Source: Marsupella aquatica
Lineage: Eukaryota > Plantae > Marchantiophyta
Assembly (NCBI GenBank): GCA_973895155.1
Contig: OZ316891.1
Coordinates: 20,906,169-20,970,168 of the forward strand
Reading direction: 5' to 3'
Length of the DNA: 64,000 nt
Position 1 is the first letter of the stretch. The number at the start of each line of letters is the position of its first letter. Position numbers and translations under genes: made by a program. Under the pieces are notes generated by a model that was given only the letters and a program-made list of their open reading frames with translations, ran no database searches and had not been told where the DNA came from. Below are positions 24,585 through 37,700 of the stretch, in pieces.

Positions 24585-26110
24585 AGTGAGCATCGTGATA
24601 CAAGACACAAGCATGTTGGGTTTTGGGGTCTCTAGTCTGATTACTTTGCTTGACTCTTCTACTTATGTATAAGTATGTTGGTTTTAGGGCCTCTAGTAGG
24701 ATTTCATTGAGTGAACATCGTGAGACAAGCATGTTGGTTTTAGGGCCACTAGTCTGCTTTCATTGAGTGAACATCCTCAGACAAGCATGTTGGTTTTAGG
24801 GCCTCTAGTTGGATTTCATTGAGTGGACATCCTGAGAGAAGCATGTTGGTTTAGTGGTCTCTAGTCTGATTACGTTGCTTGACTCTTCTTCTAGTGAGTA
24901 TGTTGGTTTTAGGGCCTCTAGTCGGATTTCATTGAGTGAACATCCTGAGACAAGCATGTTGGTTTAGTGGTCTCTAGTCTGATTACTTTGCTCGACTCTT
25001 CTTCTAGCGAGTATGTTGGTTTTAGGGCCTCTAGTCAGTGAACATCCTTAGACAAGCATGTTGGTTTAGTGGTCTCTAGTCTGATTACTTTGCTTGACTC
25101 TTCTACTAGGGAGTATGTTGGTTTTAGGGCCTCTAGTCTGATTCCTTTGTTGATTTTACTATGAGGCTATGTTGGTTTTAGGGTCTCTAGTTGGATTTGT
25201 TGGCTGGACTCTTCTATGAGGTGAGTATGTGTGCTTTAGGGCCTCTAGTTGGATGCCTTTGCTTGACTCTTCTAGGAGGCGAGTGTTAGGTATTTACTCA
25301 TGGTCTAGGGTTACGACATGTAACCATAGTTAGACTAACCATAGTCAAAGATGTGGTTAGGTTAACTAGGATGCACACTATATGCCAAGCAGTGTTTGCT
25401 TGGATAAGTGAAACACTTGGATAAGTGAAACTTAGGCTCATTGTTATGGAGCCACTTGAGAGATGAGGAGAGCTTACACTGTGGAGACTTGGTATGGCCG
25501 ACGGGCTTAAAGTTTAGTAAAGCTCTCTTGTGTGTTCCCGTGGACGTAGCCTCGAGGAGGTGAACCACATATCTCTTGTGTCGACTACTTGTGCGTTGGA
25601 TGTGTCATGTACTTACCGTTACGAGTGTTGTCTATGCTCAACACCAAGTATGTTGGTTTTAGGGTCACTAGCTAGTCAGACTCCTTTGCCTGACTCTTCC
25701 ATGAGGCGAGTGTGTTGGTTTTAGGGCCTCTAGTTGCATTCTTTTGCCTGGCCCTTCTATGAGGCGAGTATGTTGGTTTTAGGGCCTCTAGTTGGATTTC
25801 TTTGCCCGACTCTTCTATGAGGCAAGTATGGTCAGGAGTTGGATGATCCATTAAGTGATTGTTAAGTGTAGGAGATATAGGTTGTTTAGGAAGCGATAGT
25901 CGTCTCGCCATAACTTTCGTGCCTTTTTTTGCATATCATGGAAACTTGGTTTTAGGGCTGTAGTCGGATTAGTTTGGTTGACTCTTCTATGAGGCAAGTA
26001 TGTTGGTTTTAGGGCCTCCAATTGGATTCAGTTGCTTGACTCTTCTATGAGGCATGTATGTTGGTTTTAGGGCCTCTAGTTGGATTCCTTTGCTTGACTT
26101 TTCTATGCAG
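24585..26110. repeat. 58-bp satellite array, expanded and interrupted in unit B
   Basis: Same units as 10670-11420, more copies, interrupted by a solo LTR and by an unrelated ~110-bp insert near 25830-25945. Confidence 0.9.
25284..25643 (+). mobile_element. solo LTR of the family at 1320-1704
   Basis: TGTTAGGTATTTACTC...TCTATGCTCAACA; no PBS or internal sequence; degenerate 5-bp TSD gcgag/ccaag; empty site at 11180/11181 in unit A. Confidence 0.9.
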
Positions 26111-29100
26111 TTCACAACAAAGCTCTAGCAGGCCCTTCAGTTACTGATCAGTAAGGTGTTTGGTTTTTGGTCCCTTGTTGTTCTTGTGTTGGGCCTTTGC
26201 TTGGGTCCTTCTGGCCTTTTGGCTCATTGTTTGCCTCCCCTTGATTGGGTCTTCCGCCTGTGGGATCTTGTCTCCCATTTGGACACCTTTTTTTGTGCAG
26301 CAAGAAAGAAATGGGTGCCTTGCCATCGAGTTCACACTTTGGTCATTCTTTTGGTCATTCCCTTGGCCAGACACATACTTGCCTTAAGATTTTCAGGTCT
26401 GTCAGAGTGTTTAAATGCATAATTACGGATAAGGCTATGTACACTTACTTTGAAGAAGGCACCGGAGATCTGAAATAATGGTTGATAGCACTTGATTTTT
26501 GCTGAAAACCAAAAGCAGACCCATCCAATAGAGGATAGACATGGGGATAGACAATGAATCTACTCTGGAGCATGTGCCTGTGTAAGGTAGCGTGCCACAA
26601 GGGGGGTCATACGGGAGGTCATACGGGGGGTCATACCCAGGGATTTGGCAGGGACCCAGACCAGGAGAGAGAGAGTGTTGAGCCAGAGCCCCAAAGAGGA
26701 TCAGCCAAGGGCTGAGGAGAAACCAGTACTCCCACCACTACACCCCACCCAGATACACACACACATACCCTCCACACCCCTTGCATGTGGAGGGGGGATT
26801 AAAAATGGGGCCTCTTGATTCTAGGCTAACCCCATCATTGTTCAACTGCAGAGGTTATCTAAGGACGGCGTATTTAAGGGTGAGGTAGATGGCGCTCTGG
26901 GAGGCAAGGATGTGTTTTCCCCCAATTGAACAATGATGGAAAAGTGTTATTCAGTGGAAAGGCACTATCCATTCCCAACATTTTTTGTTTTTGTACACGC
27001 CCAGAAAAAGTATCATTGTATATTATAGTGTTTGATAGTCCAATGTCTGTGTGTTGCAAGACTGTCATGTTGTTGATGGTGTAACCATACCCATGCATGG
27101 TACAAAAACTGTCAAGATGAGAATTTCAAGTGAGGATTGTTGTTGTGACCATGCGATTGTTGTAGCCCAATGATCATTGATGCACCAATATCTGGCTGAG
27201 TGTTGCCGAGAATGTTAGGGTAAGGTAAAAACTCAGGCAAAGAATTGCAAATGAGGCAAAGAAGTGTTGATTGTCATTCCGGTTGTGTCATACGTACAAC
27301 TGTGGTGCAGAAATCTTGTCATTTTGGTTGGGTAGTTGTTGTTCCAGAATTGTTATCATATTGGCTAGGTGGTTGTTGTGAATATGTCATTGTTCAAGGA
27401 GAAGGCAAGGGTGAGGGCGCATGGACAAGAATAATGTGACCGTACCCGCAATGTCAGGAGGTTCAAGCACACTCACAAGACAAGGTGGTTATTTTCTCTT
27501 GTTTGTTTGTTTGTTTTTGTTTTGTTTGTTACTTTACATGCATATATTTACTTCCTTTTCAACTATTATTCAAAAAATTTCAAATTTTCATTTCTTTCAC
27601 ATTATTTGTTTTCTATGTTTTAATTTTTTTCTTCTCGGGCAGCTGGACGTCAGCTCAGGCACAGGTGAGGTGGGAGGGGTGTGTAGACCCTAAATCTGGA
27701 TCTGACCAACGGTGTCAAAAAATCAGGTTATTGGTGAAGGCCTGGGATTGGCTCCTGCCATTTTCCCATTTTTCTAGCAGACAATCCCACCATTGTGACA
27801 GGATTGGTTGTTATAGTGTTTGATTGATCAGGCAAAGTGCATAACCCCAGAGACAACCTCAAAGCAGGTTCTGAAAATCTTTCTTTCTTGCTTTGAAAAT
27901 TTTGAAGAAATTCTTTAGGATGTGGAGGATAATGTCATTGAAAGTTCAGAGCTTTGATTATGTGGTTTACAGAAAGAAGAGCTCTGGTATACTCATTTTG
28001 TTTGGGTGACTCCCAGGGTGACTAAGGGCTGTCTACATGATTTCCCAAACATGCTGGGAAAATGAGATTTTGTTTGTACACAATCTCTCTGTAAATGATG
28101 CGTGTGATTTGTTCTTCTGAAGTAAAGTACTTTGTTTGTTATGAGATGCAATGGTCTTGAAGGGAAGGGCTGGAAACGTTGCATCCCTTGCCCTAACTTA
28201 GATTTCCTCAAATTCTGCCATTGGGCCTGCCTAGGGAGATGGGTCAGGCATGAAGCACTCGCTCAATAATAAGGTGACCTGAGAGAGTGAAAGTTAGGGC
28301 CAAATTTTTAAAGTACCGGGCACATGCAAGAGGGCCCTAATATTGAGGAAGACTTGTGGTACAGTGGGAGTGAGGCGGTGCCACGGTGGAAGAAGAACTC
28401 GACCAGCTATATTAGGGGGTGTCACAGCTGGCCCAGGAGTGCTTTGCTATGCATGGGAGACATATTTTAATTACCTGTATGTGACCATGCAGACTGTTCT
28501 CATGGAGGACAAATGGGGAGTGCTGCAGTTTTTTGAAATATTGTGACACTCATTTTTAATAACAAAATGGCATGACCACTGAGTCTTGAGGTCAAACTTC
28601 ATTTCCTATCCCAACATCATTTGGCCATCCTCATATTCAATCGTGTCAGGTTTGCCACAATCACGGCCTCATAAATAACAGAACACATTCAATGAAGGCC
28701 ATGGCACACCTCAAGAGTCAAATGGTTCATGGTGTTTTGTGATTAAAAAAGATCAGTATTTCCAAGTAATCTATCCATATTGCGACATCCATCCGAGTAT
28801 CTTGTCAAACATTCTGATCCAGGAAAGTTTCAGTTTCAGTTATGTTTGGAGTGCCAATGGGAAAACTTCCAGGGTCAAGACATTGGTGTCACAAATGGGG
28901 CACATGTTATGTGATGTGGACCTGCTTTAGCTGATTTAGTCTAGGATTCAGCTTGGAGTAGCTCAAGTTCAAGTTGCCTTCTGGCATTGCCTTTGAGTCA
29001 TACAGGTCGAACTGAAGTTTGAATAGAAGTCTTGTACATGTTCACCAAAACATTCATGTGGCTTCAACTTTCTTGTTGAATTTCTTTTCCTCTTTTTTTA

Positions 29101-29420
29101 TAATCAGGTAGTGTCGTTCCCAGAACTTAAAGACCGGATGGACTGATAGGTTGTCCATGAAGCCTTCATGGACAAATGAAACTTGGATGGACTGGACTAA
29201 AACATAAAAATATGCATGGATACTAGTGTTTACTTTTCTGTCCATACAGAACAGTGTCAATGACCAAAGCATCACTTTTGTCCAAAGATTTTCCTTGTCG
29301 CTAACTCTATCCGAACTCATGTCATATTTTGTCAGAGGCCAGAGCACTTTAATTGAAGGCTTAGCTCCATTCCCCCAATACAGTTGAATAAAAATTAAAA
29401 ATATAAAGTACATTTAGGTC
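26110..29420 (-). mobile_element. highly degenerate Penelope-like element remnant (RT + GIY-YIG)
   Basis: Broken minus-strand motifs in PLE order: TCAPF..TLE, CRNMDRLL (xRYxDD-like), AFIEC, WDRK, PHLSS, then CLICN..GNT..INDH, NNMTVL, LNNTFP. Present only in unit B. Confidence 0.45.
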
Positions 29421-30431
29421 CTTATATAAATACCTGATTTGGCTTTCATGGTTATGAAACTTTGAGTAAATTGAGTGCTTCACTTGAGGCAGTATGAGTA
29501 AAATACCAAATGAACTTAATTTACTCAAAAATATTTTTTAATGTTTATAAGCCCCGCTAAAGGGGGAGCAAGCAACACAATGACTCATGAACTAAAGAAA
29601 CAATGCTCACAAAGGAGGGTATGCGGCAAATCTAATGCTCAAATAACTTCAATTTTTACAAATGGATTCATATTTTCTGCACACTATCTTAAGATCCTAG
29701 GGCATTGACACTGCGCAGAATGACTATACTACTTTCAGAAATGTTTTTACATAATCTTGTATTTTATATAACATTGCTCTTTTTACCGGGATTGTAGAAT
29801 TTTTTTCATTGAGGAGCTAAACGAAATTTAATTTGCATAAGTATTGTTGTTGAATACTATTTTTGAGAGACCATTGTTCTTGTTAGAAATAGTGTTTTGA
29901 CTACTTTATTGCTATAGAGATTTTTTCAAGATAAAAAAGCTAAAGTAAAAAGGTCTGTCCCCTGTCACAGTCCATGGGGATAGCTGGGGACAACGTAGCT
30001 ATCCATCCGAGCTTTTGTGTCATTGTTCCCATAAGCACAAATATCTATTTGCAAAAATGACTGTTGGCAAATCAAAATATCATTTGGACCGTTGTCAATT
30101 GCTGCAGAACCCTGGACCTCCCGTCTCTTACCAAGGGATGTTCAGGTCATGACCAAAGGTGCTCTGCCCAAGGCACTATTGAGTCACCATATGAAAAATA
30201 AGCCCAATTAGTATAGCAAGATTACCAGCATCACCAGATTGAATCTAGCTGAATCCACAATATCTCCCTATTGACCTTCCATACGGGAATGCTGGCCATA
30301 TAGGGTAATCCAGTCCACAAGTCTTATTGTCCAAGCAGTGGAGGATGCCCATAATGCAACTAACACCAATAAAATTATCCTGTCTGTGACCCAAGAGTTC
30401 TTTAGTCACACACTTAAGTTTTAAACCAATG

Positions 30432-30550
30432 CTTTCCACCTCTGTAATTTCTACTGCCTTCATGGCATTTTTGCCTTCCACCTCTGTAATTTCTACTGCC
30501 TTCATGGCATTTTTGCCTTCCACCTCTGTATTTTCTACTGCCTATCTTCA
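30432..30550. repeat. 42-bp tandem repeat, ~3 copies
   Basis: cttccacctctgtaatttctactgccttcatggcatttttgc repeated. Confidence 0.85.
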
Positions 30551-31963
30551 TGGCATCTTCTACCTACTAGCCTGATTACCCTGATTACCCATTCCTTGAT
30601 ATAGAGACAAGGAGGGAAAAAAAACCCTTGCTTGTCTTTGCCCCATCCCTGTATTTTGTCGGCAACCACACTTCCAGGTGTGCCCTCATTTTGAGACAAG
30701 GTCTAGGGGCTTCACTCTAGACAGTAGACCCAGGAAGTACCTTTTGATTGCGCCTTAGTAGTTAAATTTAGTGCAAGAACACTGTTACCCTATCCTGCTA
30801 CACCAGTGGCACACAGTGAGGTCCCCAGTTGGCCTATGGTCAATTCAGGTTTTCAACAATCCAGTCTAGAAGTAAATTCCAAAGTCACTGGACAAAGGGA
30901 CAATAGCAACACTTCATATCTTTCTTCCAGACATTGGCAGATATGGAAACCAAGTCATGAATACGCCATTGAGTAGGTTGTGCAAAGTACAATAGCACGT
31001 TGGCCAAAAGCTGGCAATTATTGCACTTAGGTCTGTATTTAAATACGTCTAGTCACAATCACATCCATGGCGAACATGACTATCGCATATTTGAGCTGCA
31101 ATCTGGATTTTCCTGATCACTTCCAGAAAGTAGCTCTATCATTTGACCCAGAAGGGAATTAGGCCTCACACTTGGGCGAAGGATGGGCATTCCGGGAGAT
31201 GGTTGTACTGTAACACGATTCATATACTATGCATGATAACTTCTTCTTAGCAGTCACCGCTCACAAGCTCCAGAAGGAATGAAGATATTAAGGCTGCAAT
31301 TCCTGCATAACTCTTGCACTCTCGGTCATTCTGCAACTTGCGTACCTTGACGGGAACTAGGAGCTAGCTCAGATGCTTCTACCATCTTTTCAAGATGAAT
31401 ACACGATACTGCATAACTTTTTTGTGCCTTGAAACGAAAAGACGATCTGTATACTATGCATGATAACTTCTTCTGAGCAATGGGGCCCATGGTGAGCCCG
31501 CTGGCAAAATCCTGCACTGTAGCATGTATTCCCAATAGTGCCTTCATACCGTCACTGGCCCTTTCAACCCTGATAAAGATATGAACTCATTTTCAGTTTT
31601 CTGCAGCTGCCTCAAGTTTTCTGCCCCTTAACCCGGATAAAGAAGAAATCCGTTAAAACTCACGAGGGCGTTAATAATGATAACTTATTCAAAGTGTTTG
31701 AGGAATTTAACATTAGAAAGAATGTTGTCATCTTTTCCCGGTCATGGTAGGGCTCCCTCGTAAAAAGTTGGGACAATGACGCATACCATTTCATAATCAT
31801 CTTCCATTCTGAACGACTGGTAAAGTAATCAGATTTATTAAGAATCCTTATCACACGAGTACAATAATTCGAGAAACACCCATTCAGGCTGTGCTAGTAC
31901 ATTACTTCGAGAAAAACCCAGTCGGTTTCAAAATCTTTGTGCAGTAACACATGTAGCATTTTC

Positions 31964-32293
31964 TCATCGACCTAGCCAACGAAATGCTATACCTCCTGAA
32001 ATGTACCCTCCACTTCCCTGAAACTGCCCTTGCTGTGTGTATCTTGTATTCAGGTCATGGAAAGCGTCCATCAGGGAGGATGCTTCGCGATCATTTATCC
32101 ATCCCATGCCCCCTCCAGTCCCAAAGCTGTCAGCGTAAACAGGAGCATAGCCCAGATCGCGCACGTGCCACCAAAACAACAGAAGTAAAGCGCCCAGAAG
32201 GATATTAGCCAGCATTCTTCCTTGAGCACATTGATTAGGTACCAGCATTTTGGTTATGCTTGAGGCCTGTGGTTTTTCAGCAATGTGCTGCAT
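31964..32293 (-). pseudogene. possible remnant or short gene with a type II membrane anchor, unidentified
   Basis: 109-aa ATG ORF with signal-anchor RMLANILLGALLLLFWW; downstream frames are broken; family not recognised. Confidence 0.3.
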
Positions 32294-32705
32294 TCTTTGC
32301 GTCAGGATGGAAGTGATTATTTGCGAACTAAACCGTTTGCAGCCGGCTGCAATAGTAGTGTTTCACCTTGGCTAGTTCTCTTGCCTCTTTACATTATATG
32401 TAGCTACTTCCACTAGTCCTAATGCAAGGGTCATACCCACAATGTGCCCGCTTTTCTTTGACACTTTTGATTCATAGGGCGTCACTGAGTAACAAAAGCA
32501 GACACCTGACCCGAGGAGAATGCCTTAGGGCCCGTTCAATGATGGCGAGGGGGCTTCAAACTAACATAATGCTCGCTTCAACGCGAAGGTCAGAGAGTGT
32601 CAGCAGGATTTGCGATACTAGATTTCCTATACTAGATTTCCTATAAGTATTTATATGTTCTAGTCCAGAAGCAAAATCTTCAATGCAAACAGAGAGAAAC
32701 TGTTC

Positions 32706-32793
32706 AGATCGAGGTTTCACCACTATGCGTGAAGCCTTGTACCCTCGAAGATCGAAGTTTCACCACTATGCATGTAGCCTTGTACCCTCGAAG
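32706..32793. repeat. ~43-bp tandem duplication
   Basis: agatcgaRgtttcaccactatgcRtgWagccttgtaccctcgaag x2. Confidence 0.8.
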
Positions 32794-34774
32794 AATATAC
32801 TCTAACAGCACACTGTACAAAGGAGAGGCCGACTCCATAACGGAGAGAGGTTCCACTCTATACTAAACATGGAGGTGCGTGACTCGTTCGTATTGTCAAG
32901 AGCACAACTCAGATGCGAAAAAAAGAAAGGAGCCTTGGTCTACAACAGGATACTGTTCCAAGTCGCGGTTACACTGCCAGATCGTCATGCCCATACCTCT
33001 GAACAGACTCCGAGGCTTAAAACCGTCTTGATCATTCAAATGTCTCGCACACAACATTTCATCTATCGTCTTGTCTTGTTAAATCCTTGTCTGAACTTTC
33101 ATGTCTCATTGAAAAGACGCCGGAATGAAAACTGGACTTTGTTCGGTGCGAGGATCTTCCCCTCGATTCCACCTACAGGGAGCCCGCACCAAACTAGTCA
33201 ACTATCGAAATCGATAGTCTGAGGCATCATACGAGACTCGGTGTAAAAAACAACCCTGGCCAGGTTGAGATGAAGCAGCTTGGCCACTTCAATGAAAATT
33301 CTGTCCAGAGATCCAAATCAACGCCATCCATGTAGTGCTCGTTTCAAACTTCATATTTAGCCAATAATTCTTTTGACGTTTTCGACAATTTAAGCGTAAC
33401 TGTAACCAGTGCTAGATGATGTTGAGCGAAACTCAGACTCTTGTATGAGAGCTAAAGACAATAATCTAAATCACAATCAAAGAAGGACGAGCAGGTTGCT
33501 GAGAATGCTATTGTCGAATATTCCTTTCAATCTTGGTACTATAAAAGTATCTCCAGAAATTTATCCGTGCAGTCAGTCTAGTTCAGATACATATATAATT
33601 TCTTGCGCAATTAATGCAGATAAACTGCACCCTGAACTACTGCATAGAGGACAGGATGGTTGAGAGGGACACCATCTGGCTGCGTGTCCTGTAAAATATC
33701 AATTATGATATCCAAGGATCCCATCCGCATGCTTGCAGCATCAAGAACAACAGACATGGACATGCTCTGAGTAACCCTCTCGTGAGCCGCTTAGTATTGT
33801 TTAGAAAGGGAGCAGTATACGATCAAGGGAGAATAGATTACGAGCAGCTAGGTAGAAATCAGGACAGTTTATACAGAATGTGCTGAGTTCCATGTGGCCC
33901 GTGATCACAAACAAAACTGACACGAGGGAAAGTATGGATAATCTTTGCAAATCCACTACATGGTTCATCCTATAGACTGCACCATTTGGGTAGGTCACCA
34001 AACCACATGAAGCATGGAAATGGGACAAATTGAGTGATAAACAAGTCTAGATAGATGGCAAACCAGCAGTTCAATCTGCAAAAGATCGGACCCGACTATC
34101 CACCAAGATTGGAGCCGACAGTAGAGAAATGACCCTATGGTACATGCACAATAAAACCAGGCAACGCATTTGGGGTACCAAATACTTTCCGAGCACATCT
34201 ACAACTTTGAATACATTGCTATAAGCAGCTAACTTAAATTAACTGCTCGAAAAATTCGTGGGAGCGACAGACAACAGCGACCCGCAGGGAAGTCAGACTA
34301 CACCTCAGTTTTCAGAAACAACCTGACATACTAAGAAAACCTGATCAGGAGCCAAAAGTTACTCTCTCAATTGAAGGATGCTGAATGAGAGTAAGATGAA
34401 ATCCAGTTAGACGACTGAAAGAAGAGACTAAGTCCAAGAGAAGCAATATGACCTGCTTTCCAATTCCTAAACTGAAGTAGCTTGAAACACAATCGAACAA
34501 GTCCCATAATTATCGCCCACTACCTTCGATTAAGAAAGGTTAATGTCGGAAGAGAATCAGTGCTTGGAAAATAACGGGTCACCAGTACATCCCACTCAGC
34601 TCAACACTAACAACCTACGTTTGATTCTGCACTATACCTCGACTGTCCTCAGTAGCTTTAAGCAGAGTAATTGTATTAGATGACTTCTATTCAGATTTCA
34701 AAGCTGTCGGCCACCCCCTCAATTTCCCAACCAGAGATCCTCTGTACCATGCCGCCAGGAGCACGACATTGATA

Positions 34775-37700
34775 TCAATAATAATGTTGACGACTAGGTT
34801 GTTGGGTTGGCAATGGCAGCAATGGGCCCCTGTGTCCTGGAGACTGTACACGAGGAATTGGTCCTCCACCATAGTCTCCTCCTGCATAAGCAAGATCATA
34901 AGTCTCTGAACCTATTAACGTTATACAGTTCAACTTATTGCTCAACTGGGAGGAACCTGCACATGCATTTTTGAAACTAAAAGCATCGACCCACGTTATG
35001 CAGATAAGGAGTAATTATCTCACTAATGCCAGATTATGTAATTATCACTCGACCTCCAGCTGCTCAACTTCACAACCACCAACAAAAGCCGACCAGCTAG
35101 TTTTCATAGTGTCGAATTGCATTGCAGGGCCCATACCAGGGTCACTACTCTCGCAAGCTGGACAAAGCTGATTTCGAGGGACACGTAAAAGAGAGATGAT
35201 ATAGTTCAAGGTTCGAAACGTTGACTTGACTCGTTGAAAGATGAAAAGATTTCAATGAACTGTCAGGTTCAGAAACTGAAATCAAGGGACTGAACTACCC
35301 ATCAGAACAAACTGCCAATACCAACAAGCCTCGTGGGATTCATGTGCTAACACTGACTAAACCTTCAGCAGTATAAATTGATGTTCGAGTATCTTGCAAC
35401 TGCTACTTGAAGCACCATTCGAAAGAATGAGGAACATAATTGATCTTCGTTAGAAAATTCTCTTCACATGCATCAGGCAATGATATTCAACTCCCTGGCC
35501 TGTTACTGTACTCGTCGTTTGGTTCACGAAGCTCAATCGTTATTTCACTCTTCTGCGCACTTTCACGACGAGGTCTCAGAATTTCTTCGCAATTTTGCGA
35601 AAACTGATTTAAATTGCTATATAGACTGATATCTCCCTATTTTCAAAGAAAACTTGAGTATCCTTAAAATGCTCTACTCTTAAGTCTCAAAATTATGTTC
35701 TTTGAGTGCAGACGACTTCACACTCGGGAACATTACGAGAAAGTAAACATTAGTTACTAACAACAAAGTAGCCAAGATGGGTGCACACCGGCAAGCTCGC
35801 TCAATAAGCAACGAACTAGGCTATCGCCTACAAACGAAATTCAAGGCAGCATGGTGACGCTAATACATTTGATGAAATAGAATGCCCTCATTCCCTCTTC
35901 CAATTTCATTGTTAACAGATGTCTATGTTGCTTACTGCCATGTGAAACTCACGAGCCCTTCGCAAGGGAAGAAACTGCATAGACTTGTTGAGGGAATTGG
36001 TGAAAGATGGGGAAAAGATAGTACCATAAATTGCGAATACAAGAGTATCTTCTAATCTCTAATCTACAAGGTAATTTGGGATTGTAATAAAGATACGCAA
36101 ATTTAGGAAGACAGCGATTCAAAAATCAGGTAACACAGGGGGAAGGAAAGGGAGTCAATTCTGAACATTTAGCCCCAAGAAATCTGCGACAGAGAGTAGG
36201 ACACTGGAGAAGACTGGCCATAGAGAACGCAGATAGCCACACTTAAAAAAATCAATCTCTCCCTACACTAAGTACTAGTGACTAAGTATAAAAGGTTCAA
36301 GGTTTAGGAAATTATGTGGGCTATCGCAGAGGAGCGATCAAAGGTGTTAACTCTCCTGCGAGTCTAACATTCTAGGTTTTAGCCTGTAGGTCAAACGAGT
36401 CGAAGAATGAAACATCCGTCCAAGTTTTCTAATGATGGACATACAGACCTTATTCTGCAGCACCAGACCTTTTAAGTCATAGAGAGAATAGCACGGTGGG
36501 AGTAGAAACTACTGAGTGTGCGGAGTCACATGCCAAGTCCCAGGAAACTTGAAGAGAAGGAGAAAACAGCAGCAGAATATACCCTCATCACTTGCATGGA
36601 ACCGCGGCAAGAGTGGTGACCTGCTTTTTGTTCCTTGAAATTGAGAATGAATAAGAAGCCAAGCCCATGGAAACTTGAAGAGAAGAAAACAAAGCAGCAG
36701 AAAGTCAATACCACTTGGGAACTAATTCTCTCATTTATCCAAAGCAGCAGGAATTCAATTTTCAAAGAAGATTTCATCAGACATGGGCCAATGGTACGTG
36801 GCATCCAAGTGAGCAGATTGAAGAACTTCTTAACTAATGAACTGATGAGAACATATGAATAAATAAAGCGTTCCAATCACTAATCCTAAATACAAATGTT
36901 CTCAGACAGACAGGATGGGATTCTTGTGATAATCTTCTACCGAAAGTTCCTAGAAGGGAGATATTACAAACTTTAGAAGGTCAGCCCAAAAACAATAAAA
37001 GAAAGGCACTCGTGCAGCAATCAAGTGAGGCTTCCAGCCATGGCCCCATGCAGACATAAAGTACCTAAGTTCGGTATTGCGGGCTGTCCAGTTGGGTTGC
37101 ATTCGGTGTAAGATCTGTAAATCCCCAGAAGGAGCAGGAACTAGAAATAGAAGATACCAGCTGCGCGAAAAGAGTAAAGCAGTGCAAGAAGGCTAAAGCT
37201 AAGTCTTGGACATTAGCGGAAAATGCACCAGTCTGAAACAACGCAAGGTCAGAAACAAAGAAACATCTTACTTGATAAGCAAGCAAGGGAGAAAAACGAG
37301 CATGACAACATTAAGCTGACACTTTAGAGTGACAAGTTTCGATAAAATTGATGAATGTCGATGGACTGTCTCCACAGCAGCGCTCAGGACATGCAGTGGG
37401 CCATTAATACCTTCGCTGCAATCTTGTTTTATGATCGTAAGGGTATGCTGTGACGGGAAATGTCGAAGTGTTAATTTAATCGGTAAAAAATCCGCTACTA
37501 TTTCAAGAAAGGAAACAGACCAAATTATTTTGACTCGTAAACTCAACAAAGTATCTAAGAGACTTCTAGTACGGCATCAGTACAAAATGGGTAGATACCT
37601 CGGTACAAATGGATGTTGGGTGAAGCGACCTGGATTTAGAACAAGGTAATTTTGAAGAGTTACAAACATGGCCCCTTGACCTTTGACGGGACTCAAAACT

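Larger units (their letters stand above)
16710..37368 (+). repeat. tandem segmental duplication, unit B
   Basis: Matches unit A. Has extra segments ~26110-30440 and ~31727-35213 plus a solo LTR; lacks the MITE and Helitron found in unit A. Confidence 0.95.

Noticed and set aside
36740-36800. Minus-strand CTGATGA..GAAA hammerhead-like core, and a nearby GTGATGA C-box (~36590) as a possible intronic snoRNA
   Set aside because: No stem I complement, and no D box at a suitable distance.
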